From: a virus
Taxonomy: Duplodnaviria; Heunggongvirae; Uroviricota; Caudoviricetes
Length of the DNA: 45,557 bases
Reading direction: 5' to 3' (one strand)
Virus record (IMG/VR): IMGVR_UViG_2703719354_000009
Span: 1 to 45,557 of that record
Shown one piece after another: positions 12,285-20,196 of this stretch. A program made the position numbers and the translations under genes. Below the pieces are notes generated by a model. That model was given only the letters and a program-made list of their open reading frames with translations, was not told the DNA's origin and did no database searches. Position 1 is the stretch's first letter. The number at the start of each line of letters is the position of its first letter.

Positions 12285-12373
12285 ACAAAACAGAGAAGAA
12301 CACCTGCGGTGGCAGCCGCCCGGATGGATTGGGTTATGAGCCCGTCGTCCGGTGATGTTCTTCTCTGTTTTGT
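12285..12373. repeat. Perfect 18-bp inverted repeat (ACAAAACAGAGAAGAACA / TGTTCTTCTCTGTTTTGT) separated by a 53-nt GC-rich loop
   Basis: Arms at 12285-12302 and 12356-12373 are exact reverse complements. A second 10-bp inverted repeat GCGGTACCAG/CTGGTACCGC lies at 12381-12419. Confidence 0.8.
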
Positions 12374-12674
12374 AAAAAGAGCGGTACCAGCCGGAAGCAA
12401 GTGTACAAACTGGTACCGCGAGGACTACACACAGCATAAAGTTGTGGTGCCGGGTGCCTCCCGGTGCCTGGCGAAAGTTGCACACCAGGCGGGTGGGTAT
12501 CCACAGAAGGTCGACTGTCAGCCTCAACCTTAACCCGCGTGCGCTGAGCCGCATTCACCACAACGCTAAGGATTCTCTCTGGTTGAAAATACTTAGCTGT
12601 TATGTGCCTGTCTTTTCACCACTTCAGGCTCGGTGGTATCTTGGTGTTTTCATATAGCCAAGAAGGAAATAGTT

Positions 12675-12866
12675 ATGACCAAAGAAGAAAAAATTCTTTA
12701 TTTATTCCAACTATCGGTTAAGACTCACACTGCATATCAGACTGCTGCCATGACATCAGATAAAAATTACAGTACGTCAGAAAACCCGATAGACGACATA
12801 AGCAAGCTTTACGATAAGTTCGAAGCACTACTCGATAAAAAGTTTGCTGAGGCTGGGCTTGAGTGA
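12675..12866 (+). CDS. Small hypothetical protein (63 aa)
   Basis: ATG at 12675 preceded by AAGGA; AT-rich coding sequence MTKEEKILYLFQLSVKTH... Confidence 0.35.
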   Translation: MTKEEKILYLFQLSVKTHTAYQTAAMTSDKNYSTSENPIDDISKLYDKFEALLDKKFAEAGLE

Positions 12867-13004
12867 TTGTTGAATAATCGACAAAACCCAACTTAAATTT
12901 TCGTCAGTGGGCTCGATGCCATGTGCGGTGAGCTCACTTTTCAAAACTCCAAGCAATTCAGAGCTGATTTTCAATATATCTGCTTGATTTCTAACTATTC
13001 CCAC
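12828..13004 (-). CDS. Small hypothetical protein (58 aa), first gene downstream of the putative leftward promoter
   Basis: GTG start with strong upstream AAGGGAGG; converges on and overlaps the 3' end of the 12675-12866 ORF by 39 bp. Confidence 0.4.
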   Translation of the reverse strand: MGIVRNQADILKISSELLGVLKSELTAHGIEPTDENLSWVLSIIQQSLKPSLSKLFIE

Positions 13005-13195
13005 TTTTTCCTCCCTTGGTCTACGCGCGGTCATGTTTTACGCCCAAACGACTTCACAGTTATTGTTTAAAATCTGGACTTTCATTTCATACACCTGCTT
13101 TAACATGAGTGCCTAGTGGCACAACATGACTCAACGAATCATCCTGGACTTCATATGCCCCAGGCGGCTACTTCGTGGGCGTCCTGCCTGTTCGT

Positions 13196-13232
13196 TGTTT
13201 CGCTTGGGTACATTATGTATCTCAAAGGTACA
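13196..13232. promoter_or_regulatory. Two operator-like sites (OL-type), TGTTT-N7-GTACA and TGTAT-N7-GTACA
   Basis: Half-site pattern matches the perfect palindromes in the cI-cro intergenic region; located just downstream of cI where a leftward promoter is expected. Confidence 0.45.
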
Positions 13233-13242
13233 TTGTCAAGTA

Positions 13243-13266
13243 TAAAAAAACCTGCCGAAGCAGGTT
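13243..13266 (-). terminator. Rho-independent terminator downstream of the repressor gene
   Basis: On the minus strand: AACCTGC-TTCG-GCAGGTT hairpin followed by a T run. Confidence 0.6.
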
Positions 13267-13278
13267 CATAAACATTGA

Positions 13279-13953
13279 TTAGGCTTTGATTTTGTATCTT
13301 CTTGGTTTTCCTGAGAAAATCACTGTACCAATTATAGAGCAATTACCGTTGATCTTAATGTAAGGCTCAGGCCAGTTTGGGTTTAACGCTTTGAGATAAC
13401 GCTGTGTCCCATCTTCTATCAACCTTTTGAAGGTGGTTTCACCTGTATCGTGCATCAATGCAATAACGTCGTCACCGTGGCAGGCAGGTACTTCAGGATC
13501 GACAAAAATCATGTCTCCCGGGCGGTACTCATCAATCATTGAATCACCTATCACCCGCAAGATATAAGTCATTTCCCCACAGGGTACAGGGCAGGGATAC
13601 GTTTCTGCTGTGCTCAAATCAACCTCAGAATATCCAACTTCTTTCCATGCTCCGGCCTGTACCCATGATATGACAGGGACTAATGTGATTTGTTTATTAG
13701 TGATTGAAACATCAGGTTTTTTTGTGATGTTCGTTGTCTGGTGTTCTTGATCGAGCCATCCGACAGGCAGGTCGAAACATTTTTCGATGTGTCGTGCCAT
13801 GCTGTCACCGATATTTTTAGTAGCACCATCTCCCATAAACCTGCTGGTCTGGGTTGGCTCGCGATCAATCATAGTGGCAAAGGAAGAATTCCCGCCAACA
13901 CCATCTCTCAGTTTTCTGGCGTTAGACCGCCGGATGTCATGGATTGTTTTCAT
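13279..13953 (-). CDS. cI: CI-type phage repressor (HTH plus S24 LexA-like peptidase domain)
   Basis: 224 aa; C-terminal S24 signature ...VIGDSMIDEYRPGDMIFVD...FKRL...; divergent from a cro-like gene; no Shine-Dalgarno upstream of the ATG. Confidence 0.85.
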   Translation of the reverse strand: MKTIHDIRRSNARKLRDGVGGNSSFATMIDREPTQTSRFMGDGATKNIGDSMARHIEKCFDLPVGWLDQEHQTTNITKKPDVSITNKQITLVPVISWVQAGAWKEVGYSEVDLSTAETYPCPVPCGEMTYILRVIGDSMIDEYRPGDMIFVDPEVPACHGDDVIALMHDTGETTFKRLIEDGTQRYLKALNPNWPEPYIKINGNCSIIGTVIFSGKPRRYKIKA

Positions 13954-13968
13954 AACGAAATTAAAACC

Positions 13969-13989
13969 CTTGTACCGTTAAGGTACAAG
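13969..13989. promoter_or_regulatory. Operator palindrome CTTGTACC-GTTAA-GGTACAAG (OR-type)
   Basis: Perfect 8-bp inverted arms in the cI-cro intergenic region; core TGTAC-N7-GTACA. Confidence 0.55.
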
Positions 13990-14017
13990 TATCTTGAAGG
14001 TTCATTTCAATCATGTA

Positions 14018-14040
14018 ATATGTACACCGGAGGTACATAT
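14018..14040. promoter_or_regulatory. Operator palindrome ATATGTAC-ACCGGAG-GTACATAT (OR-type)
   Basis: Perfect 8-bp inverted arms; same TGTAC-N7-GTACA core; overlaps the cro ribosome-binding region. Confidence 0.55.
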
Positions 14041-14043
14041 TGT

Positions 14044-14244
14044 ATGAAAGCGTATTGGGACTCTTTAACCAAAGAACAGCAGGGCGAGTTGGCCGGAAAA
14101 GTTGGCTCAACACCTGGCTACTTACGGCTGGTTTTCAATGGCTATAAAAAAGCCAGTTTTGTGCTGGCTAAAAAACTTGAGCAATGCACGTCAGGTGCAA
14201 TTACGAAATCTGACTTAAGACCGGATATCTATCCGAAAGATTAG
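14044..14244 (+). CDS. cro: Cro/YdaS-like HTH regulator
   Basis: Start at MKAYWDSLTKEQQGELAGKVGSTPGYLRLVFNG... (66 aa) preceded by GGAGG; divergent from cI. Confidence 0.7.
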   Translation: MKAYWDSLTKEQQGELAGKVGSTPGYLRLVFNGYKKASFVLAKKLEQCTSGAITKSDLRPDIYPKD

Positions 14245-14275
14245 CAGAACACTTTCAATTTTTAACCACAGAACG

Positions 14276-14845
14276 ATGAGGCTAATTGTGGGTAAGCATC
14301 ACTGGAAAATAGAAAAACAGCCTGAGTGGTACGTGAAAGCTGTCAGAAAAACTATCGCTGCGTTGCCGGGTGGTTACGCTGAAGCGGCTGACTGGCTCGA
14401 TGTAACAGAAAACGCTTTATTCAACCGCCTTCGTGCAGATGGCGATCAGATTTTCCCGCTGGGATGGGCAATGGTTTTACAGCGTGCTGGTGGCACTCAC
14501 TTCATTGCTGATGCTGTGGCGCAGTCTGCAAATGGCGTCTTTGTGTCTCTTCCTGACGTCGAGGATGTGGACAACGCCGATATTAACCAGCGTCTGCTGG
14601 AAGTCATTGAACAGATCGGCAGTTATTCAAAACAGATTCGTTCAGCAATCGAAGACGGTGTAGTGGAACCGCATGAGAAGACAGCAATTAACGACGAGCT
14701 GTATCTCTCAATTTCGAAGCTGCAGGAGCATGCAGCACTTGTCTACAAAATTTTTTGCATTTCAGAAAGTAATGACGCCCGCGAGTGTGCAGCTCCGGGC
14801 GTCGTGGCGTCGATTGCTTCTGGTTGTGGAGAAACTAACGCATGA
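14276..14845 (+). CDS. Putative cII-position regulator (YdaT-like)
   Basis: 189-aa ORF immediately after cro; family assignment from weak sequence recollection only. Confidence 0.4.
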   Translation: MRLIVGKHHWKIEKQPEWYVKAVRKTIAALPGGYAEAADWLDVTENALFNRLRADGDQIFPLGWAMVLQRAGGTHFIADAVAQSANGVFVSLPDVEDVDNADINQRLLEVIEQIGSYSKQIRSAIEDGVVEPHEKTAINDELYLSISKLQEHAALVYKIFCISESNDARECAAPGVVASIASGCGETNA

Positions 14846-15020
14846 ACAGTTTAACAACACACTACCGTCGCTCGCAACTGATTGCGCTTCCTGTTCCGGG
14901 TGGAAAAGCGAAGGTGGAATATTGCTATGCAGTGAATGTACCAGGTGACAGGGAAATTGTAACCCACAGCTTTGCAGAGTGGGCTGTGGGTGATTTCAAC
15001 CGGCAGAAGGAGACAGTCCT

Positions 15021-15200
15021 TTGCGACAAGTTAACCGCTGGTTCAAAGATCACTACGGAGTGCCCGTCAGAGTCATTCGTTGGGAGCCGGAAACACAACG
15101 TGTTATCTACCTCCGCGAAGGCTATGAGCATGAGTGCTTCAGCCCGCTCGAACAGTTTCGTCGTAAATTCAGGGAAATAGAGGTCGGTCATGAGCACTAA
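15021..15200 (+). CDS. Candidate small protein (59 aa) with TTG start
   Basis: Strong GAAGGAGA 7 nt upstream of TTG; frame reads ...[58 protein letters not shown]; stop overlaps the start of the replication gene. Competes with the 112-aa ATG ORF at 14842-15180. Confidence 0.3.
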   Translation: MRQVNRWFKDHYGVPVRVIRWEPETQRVIYLREGYEHECFSPLEQFRRKFREIEVGHEH

Positions 15201-16131
15201 ATTAACCGGCTATGTATGGGATGGTTGCGCTGCATCAGGCATGAAATTATCCAGCGTGGCAATTATGGCCCGCCTGGCTGATTTCAGTAATGACGAAGGT
15301 GTGTGCTGGCCATCAATTGAAACCATTGCCCGTCAGATTGGCGCGGGGATGAGTACCGTCAGAACGGCTATCGCACGGCTGGAAGCAGAAGGCTGGTTAA
15401 CGCGTAAGGCGCGTCGCCAGGGTAACCGCAATGCGTCGAATGTTTATCAGCTTAACGTTGCGAAGCTTCAGGCAGCGGCATTTTCTCAACTGTCAGATTC
15501 TGACCCGTCAAAATCTGACGCATCAAAATCTGACCCGTCAAAATTTGATGCGTCGAAATCAGGCAAAAAAGCGGGTTTTCACCCGTCAGAATCTGGCGGG
15601 GATCCGTCAGTAAAATCAAAACATGATCCGTCAGATAAAAAACCTTCTCGTCCGGACGCTTCGCAACCGGACACGCAGACGGCTGAACAGGATTTTTTAA
15701 CTCGCCATCCTGATGCGGTTGTATTCAGCCCTAAAAAGCGCCAGTGGGGGACGCAGGATGATTTGACCTGCGCACAGTGGCTCTGGAAAAAAATCATCGC
15801 CCTGTACGAGCAGGCTGCCGAATGTGACGGCGAGGTGGTTCGTCCCAAAGAACCGAACTGGACAGCCTGGGCAAACGAAATTCGCCTGATGTGTGTGCAG
15901 GATGGTCGTACTCACAAACAAATCTGCGAGATGTACAGCCGCGTCAGCCGCGATCCGTTCTGGTGCCGTAACGTGCTCAGCCCGTCGAAGCTGCGGGAAA
16001 AATGGGATGAGCTTTCCCTGCGCTTATCGCCGTCCGTCAGCACGTACACAGAAAAACGCGAAGACCCGTACTTCAAAGCCAGTTACGACAATGTGGACTA
16101 CAGCCAGATCCCGGCAGGATTCAGGGGGTGA
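15190..16131 (+). CDS. Replication initiation protein (N-terminal HTH, O-like) containing in-frame iterons
   Basis: 313 aa; N-terminal HTH-like region ...WPSIETIARQIGAGMSTVRTAIARLEAEGWL; central tandem repeats encode SDPSK-type pentapeptides; position after the cro/cII-like genes. Confidence 0.65.
   Translation: MSTKLTGYVWDGCAASGMKLSSVAIMARLADFSNDEGVCWPSIETIARQIGAGMSTVRTAIARLEAEGWLTRKARRQGNRNASNVYQLNVAKLQAAAFSQLSDSDPSKSDASKSDPSKFDASKSGKKAGFHPSESGGDPSVKSKHDPSDKKPSRPDASQPDTQTAEQDFLTRHPDAVVFSPKKRQWGTQDDLTCAQWLWKKIIALYEQAAECDGEVVRPKEPNWTAWANEIRLMCVQDGRTHKQICEMYSRVSRDPFWCRNVLSPSKLREKWDELSLRLSPSVSTYTEKREDPYFKASYDNVDYSQIPAGFRG
15499..15558. repeat. Four tandem 15-bp iterons (TCTGACCCGTCAAAA and variants), candidate replication origin
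   Basis: Exact 15-bp periodicity at 15499, 15514, 15529, 15544, followed by looser CCGTCAG repeats to ~15640 and an A-rich stretch. Confidence 0.5.
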
Positions 16132-16622
16132 GCATGAGTCTTTTGAATGACGTTCAGAAATTCATTGAAGCCCATCCGGGCTGTACTTCCGGAGACATTG
16201 CGGATGCTTTTGCAGGTTACTCACGGCAGCGCGTTCTGCAGTCAGCAAGCAAGTTACGTCAGAGTGGGCGTGTGGCTCACCGTTGTGAAGGAGATACACA
16301 CAGACATTTCCCGCGCCTGACTGAGAGAGCGCAGGATCCGGAACCACAACCAGTTCGTGAAACCAGACCTGTGCGCAATTTCTATGTCGGCACTAACGAT
16401 CCACGGGTGATTTTGTGCCTGACCCGCCAGGCTGAAGAACTGGAGTCCAGGGGCTTATACCGTCGTGCTGCAACCGTGTGGATGGCGGCATTCCGTGAAA
16501 GCCACTCCCAGTCAGAACGAAACAATTTTCTGGCGCGCCGTGAGCGGTGCTTACGGAAAAGCAGCAAGCGCGCTGCATCGGGTGAAGAGTGGTATCTGTC
16601 AGGGAATTACGTGGGGGCTTAA
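16128..16622 (+). CDS. Hypothetical phage protein, possible regulator
   Basis: 164-aa Arg-rich ORF; start codon overlaps the upstream stop (ATGA). Confidence 0.4.
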   Translation: MSMSLLNDVQKFIEAHPGCTSGDIADAFAGYSRQRVLQSASKLRQSGRVAHRCEGDTHRHFPRLTERAQDPEPQPVRETRPVRNFYVGTNDPRVILCLTRQAEELESRGLYRRAATVWMAAFRESHSQSERNNFLARRERCLRKSSKRAASGEEWYLSGNYVGA

Positions 16623-17275
16623 TGAGTAATAAATATTGCCAGGCGCTGGTGGAACTGCGGAACAAACCAGCCCATGAACTGAAGGAAGTGGGCGATCAGT
16701 GGCGCACGCCGGACAACATTTTCTGTGGAATTAACACCCTGTTTGGCCCGTTTGTTCTGGATCTGTTTACTGACGGTGATAACGCCAAATGTGCCGCGTA
16801 TTACACGGCGGAAGATAACGCGCTGGCGCATGACTGGTCAGAACGTCTTGCGGAGCTTAAAGGTGCTGCCTTTGGTAATCCCCCATACAGCCGCGCCAGT
16901 CAGCATGAGGGGCAATACATCACCGGCATGCGTTACATCATGAAACATGCCAGTGCCATGCGTGATAAGGGCGGGCGCTATGTTTTCCTGATCAAAGCTG
17001 CCACCAGCGAAGTGTGGTGGCCGGAAGATGCGGACCATATTGCTTTTATTCGCGGGCGTATTGGTTTTGAACTGCCTGCCTGGTTTATCCCGAAGGATGA
17101 GAAGCAGGTGCCGACAGGCGCTTTCTTCGCTGGTGCTATTGCTGTTTTCGACAAGACCTGGAAGGGACCGGCAATCAGCTACATCGGGCGCGATGAACTT
17201 GAGGCATGTGGTGAAGCCTTTCTGGTGCAGGTTCGCCAGCAGGCGGAAAAACTGGTCAGGGAGATGGCGGCATGA
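16622..17275 (+). CDS. Phage DNA N6-adenine methyltransferase (Dam-like)
   Basis: Start at MSNKYCQALV (overlapping TAATG); contains the catalytic GNPPY motif. Confidence 0.8.
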   Translation: MSNKYCQALVELRNKPAHELKEVGDQWRTPDNIFCGINTLFGPFVLDLFTDGDNAKCAAYYTAEDNALAHDWSERLAELKGAAFGNPPYSRASQHEGQYITGMRYIMKHASAMRDKGGRYVFLIKAATSEVWWPEDADHIAFIRGRIGFELPAWFIPKDEKQVPTGAFFAGAIAVFDKTWKGPAISYIGRDELEACGEAFLVQVRQQAEKLVREMAA

Positions 17276-17598
17276 CGACGTTAACTCAATGCCAGCAGCA
17301 GGTGCTGGATATGCTGATTTCTTACCAGAAAGAGCGTGGCTTTCCGCCAACCAATCAGGAGGTGGCAACCATGCTGGGATACCGTTCAGTGAATGCAGCG
17401 GTAGAGCATCTTCGTGCACTGGAGAAAAAAGGCGTCATCACGATAAAGCGTGGCGTGGCCCGGGGGATAACGCTTCATACCGCGGTGAAGGACGACGACA
17501 GCGAGGCGGTCGGGATTATCCGCGCACTGCTTGCCGGTGAGGAAAACGCCAGGCTGCGTGCAGCCCACTGGTTACATGAGAGAGGCCTGAAAGTATGA
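17272..17598 (+). CDS. LexA N-terminal-domain-like DNA-binding protein
   Basis: 108 aa, MTTLTQCQQQVLDMLISYQKERGFPPTNQEVATMLGYRSVNAAVEHLRALEKKGVI resembles the LexA winged-helix domain without a peptidase domain. Confidence 0.6.
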   Translation: MTTLTQCQQQVLDMLISYQKERGFPPTNQEVATMLGYRSVNAAVEHLRALEKKGVITIKRGVARGITLHTAVKDDDSEAVGIIRALLAGEENARLRAAHWLHERGLKV

Positions 17599-17984
17599 AG
17601 CTGATCTTGCCTTTCCCGCCCAGCGTGAACACGTACTGGCGACACCCCAACAAAGGGGCGTTTGCTGGTAAGAGCCTGATAAGCGCGGCGGGGCGAAAAT
17701 TCCAGAGCGCGGCGTGTGCAGCAATAGTTGAGCAGTTACGTCGTCTGCCGAAACCAACGTCGGCACCTGCTTCAGTGGAGATCGTGTTGTTTCCTCCGGA
17801 TAACCGGATCCGCGATCTGGACAACTATAACAAGGCGCTGTTTGACGCCCTGACCCACGCGGGTGTGTGGGAAGACGACAGTCAGGTGAAAAGAATGCTG
17901 GTGGAGTGGGGACCGGTTATCCCGGAAGGGAAGGTCGAGATCACTATCAGTAAGTACGAGAAAACGGCGGGTGCAGCCGCCTGA
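17595..17984 (+). CDS. rusA: Holliday junction resolvase RusA
   Basis: 129 aa with the RusA signature ...RIRDLDNYNKALFDALTHAGVWEDDSQV. Confidence 0.85.
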   Translation: MKLILPFPPSVNTYWRHPNKGAFAGKSLISAAGRKFQSAACAAIVEQLRRLPKPTSAPASVEIVLFPPDNRIRDLDNYNKALFDALTHAGVWEDDSQVKRMLVEWGPVIPEGKVEITISKYEKTAGAAA

Positions 17985-18003
17985 TTAAGAGGAGAAACGA
18001 AGT

Positions 18004-18813
18004 ATGAATAATCTGATGGTCATTGATGGTATTGAAGTTCGTCGTGATGCTTATGGGCGTTACAGCCTGAACGATCTGCATCGCGCAGCAGTAGCATCTG
18101 GTGCAAATGCCAGAACCAAGGAGCCGGGAAAGTTTCTTTCCAGCCAACAAACTGTTGAGCTTGTTCATGAATTGACCAACACCCAGAATTTGGGTGTTGA
18201 CCCGGTGAGTGTGATTCATGGGGGAAATGAACGGGGAACGTATGTCTGCAAGGAACTGGTGTATGCCTATGCAATGTGGATCAGCCCGTCATTCCATCTG
18301 AAGGTGATCCGTACTTTCGATATGGTAACCAGCGCACCGGAAAAATTATCCGGACAGGCTGCTGACAAGATGCAGGCTGGCGTGATCCTGCTGGACTTTA
18401 TGCGCCGGGAGTTAAACCTGTCTAACTCTTCAGTGCTTGGTGCCTGTCAGAAACTCCAGGAGGCTGTTGGCTTACCGAATCTGGCACCGCGCTATGCCAT
18501 TGATGCTCCTGCTGACGCGCCTGATGGCTCAAGCCGCCCCACGCTGTCATTGAGTGCACTGCTGAAGCAGTATGGTATCCGCCTGACGGCTAATCAGGCA
18601 TATCACCAGATGGTGAAGCTGGGGATCGTCGAGCAGCGAGAACGGTACAGCCGTACCACGATTAACAACATCAAAAAATTCTGGTCGCTGACAGCGAAAG
18701 GCTGCATGTTCGGCAAGAATATCACCAGTCCCGCAAATCCGCGCGAGACGCAGCCGCACTTCTTCGAATCCCGATTCCCTGAGCTGTTAAAGCTGCTCGA
18801 TACCGTTCATTGA
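18004..18813 (+). CDS. KilA-N domain protein
   Basis: N-terminus MNNLMVIDGIEVRRDAYGRYSLNDLHRAAVASG matches the KilA-N/Bro-N pattern. Confidence 0.6.
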   Translation: MNNLMVIDGIEVRRDAYGRYSLNDLHRAAVASGANARTKEPGKFLSSQQTVELVHELTNTQNLGVDPVSVIHGGNERGTYVCKELVYAYAMWISPSFHLKVIRTFDMVTSAPEKLSGQAADKMQAGVILLDFMRRELNLSNSSVLGACQKLQEAVGLPNLAPRYAIDAPADAPDGSSRPTLSLSALLKQYGIRLTANQAYHQMVKLGIVEQRERYSRTTINNIKKFWSLTAKGCMFGKNITSPANPRETQPHFFESRFPELLKLLDTVH

Positions 18814-18814
18814 G

Positions 18815-19810
18815 GTGACCGTGAGAGCACTACTGACCCCTGAAATTGCCCCGCGTATGGGGATCGTATTGTTCAGACCAGGTTCAGAGCTGATGCCCCT
18901 GTTTATGCAGGGGCGTGTCCTGCTGGAGCCTGAGCCGGAACGTTATTCATCTTTCGCCAGTGGTGCCGTTCCGGCGGCATCACAACCGCTGGCGGATGAT
19001 CCTGCCGTTCAGGCCGTGTTCCGCAATGAGGCAGTGATCCGTCGTGCTGGTGGCGTGGAATGTCTTGAAAGCTGGTTACTTCGTGAAAAAGGCTGCCAGT
19101 GGCCTCATTCCGACTGGCACAGCGAGAACATGACCACAATGCGACACGCTCCGGGCGCAATCCGTCTGTGCTGGCACTGCGATAACCAGCTGCGCGATCA
19201 GTTCACGGAACGGCTGGAATCAATGGCAACGGATAACTGTGCCCGCTGGGTGTTGTCTGTTGTGCGTCGGGATCTCGGTTTTGATGACAGTCACGTTGTG
19301 ACAATGCCGGAACTGTGCTGGTGGCTGATTCGTAATGATCTGGCGGATGCCTTACCGGAAAGTGCAGCCCGTAAGGCACTGAGATTACCGAAGCCTGTTG
19401 TGCCGTCTGTTACCCGGGAAAGTGACCTTGTGCCTTCGGTTCCTGCCACCAGCATCATCCAGGATAAGGCGAAAAAGGTGCTGGCGCTGAAAGTGGATCC
19501 GGAGTCGCCGGAGTCTTTTATGTTACGCCCAAAACGTCGCCGCTGGGTTAATGAAAAGTACACGCGCTGGGTTAAGACACAGCCGTGTGCATGTTGTGGA
19601 AAGCCTGCTGATGATCCCCACCACTTGATAGGCCACGGTCAGGGTGGGATGGGTACAAAAGCGCATGACCTCTTTGTGTTGCCTTTGTGCAGAAAGCATC
19701 ACGACGAGCTGCATGCGGATACCGTGGCATTTGAAGAGAAGTATGGCTCCCAGCTGGAGCTGATATTTCGTTTTATCGATCGTGCGCTGGCAATTGGCGT
19801 GCTGGCCTGA
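18815..19810 (+). CDS. DUF968-family phage protein (YdfU-like)
   Basis: GTG start; C-terminal Cys/His-rich segment CACCGKPADDPHHLIGHGQGGMGTKAHDLFVLPLCRKHHDELH. Confidence 0.55.
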   Translation: MTVRALLTPEIAPRMGIVLFRPGSELMPLFMQGRVLLEPEPERYSSFASGAVPAASQPLADDPAVQAVFRNEAVIRRAGGVECLESWLLREKGCQWPHSDWHSENMTTMRHAPGAIRLCWHCDNQLRDQFTERLESMATDNCARWVLSVVRRDLGFDDSHVVTMPELCWWLIRNDLADALPESAARKALRLPKPVVPSVTRESDLVPSVPATSIIQDKAKKVLALKVDPESPESFMLRPKRRRWVNEKYTRWVKTQPCACCGKPADDPHHLIGHGQGGMGTKAHDLFVLPLCRKHHDELHADTVAFEEKYGSQLELIFRFIDRALAIGVLA

Positions 19811-19827
19811 TTTTGTGGAGAAAGTTG

Positions 19828-20175
19828 ATGCGTGATATGTATGAAGTGATGGATCGTTGGGGAGCTTGGGCTGCTTCAGACAATAGCGGAGTGGACTGGC
19901 AACCGGTAGCCGCTGGCTTCAAGGGGCTTTTACCTCATGGCAAAAAGTCCCGGATTCAGTGTGATGATGATGAGGGGCTCATGATCGATGGGTGCGTAGC
20001 TAGATTAAGAAAGTACAAACCAGAAGAGTATGAATTAGTTATAGCCCATTTTGTGGTAGGGATTTCATTGCGAGCCATTGCTAAGAAGAGAAAGTGTTCG
20101 GATGGGACTATCAGGAAAGAGTTGCAAACATCGCTTGGTTTCATTGAAGGCATTGTTTGCACTCTTGCCTGTTAA
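19828..20175 (+). CDS. Late-gene antitermination protein Q (QuuD-like)
   Basis: Start at MRDMYEVMDRWGAWAASDNSGVDWQPVAAGFKGL..., close to the recalled DLP12 QuuD N-terminus; GGAG upstream; precedes the lysis genes. Confidence 0.8.
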   Translation: MRDMYEVMDRWGAWAASDNSGVDWQPVAAGFKGLLPHGKKSRIQCDDDEGLMIDGCVARLRKYKPEEYELVIAHFVVGISLRAIAKKRKCSDGTIRKELQTSLGFIEGIVCTLAC

Positions 20176-20196
20176 CTATTCTTAACTGTCTTCTAG

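Noticed and set aside
12309-12561. 74/75-aa ORFs on both strands within the GC-rich structured region
   Set aside because: Overlap each other and the inverted repeats, Pro/Gly/Arg-rich translations typical of GC-rich non-coding sequence; the region is better explained as structured RNA or DNA.
14673-14948. 91-aa ORF overlapping the end of the YdaT-like gene
   Set aside because: Alternate frame of a better-supported gene, Cys/Ser/Arg-rich low-complexity translation, no ribosome-binding site.
15499-15640. Short tandem repeats considered as a possible CRISPR array
   Set aside because: Units are 15 bp, contiguous with no spacers, in-frame within a protein-coding gene, and no cas genes are nearby; they fit iterons, not CRISPR.
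16162-19714. Numerous minus-strand ORFs of 60-190 aa across the plus-strand early-right operon (for example 16838-17419, 17516-17824, 18020-18274, 19291-19563)
   Set aside because: All lie antisense to tightly packed, recognisable phage genes with overlapping start/stop architecture; GC-rich shadow frames.
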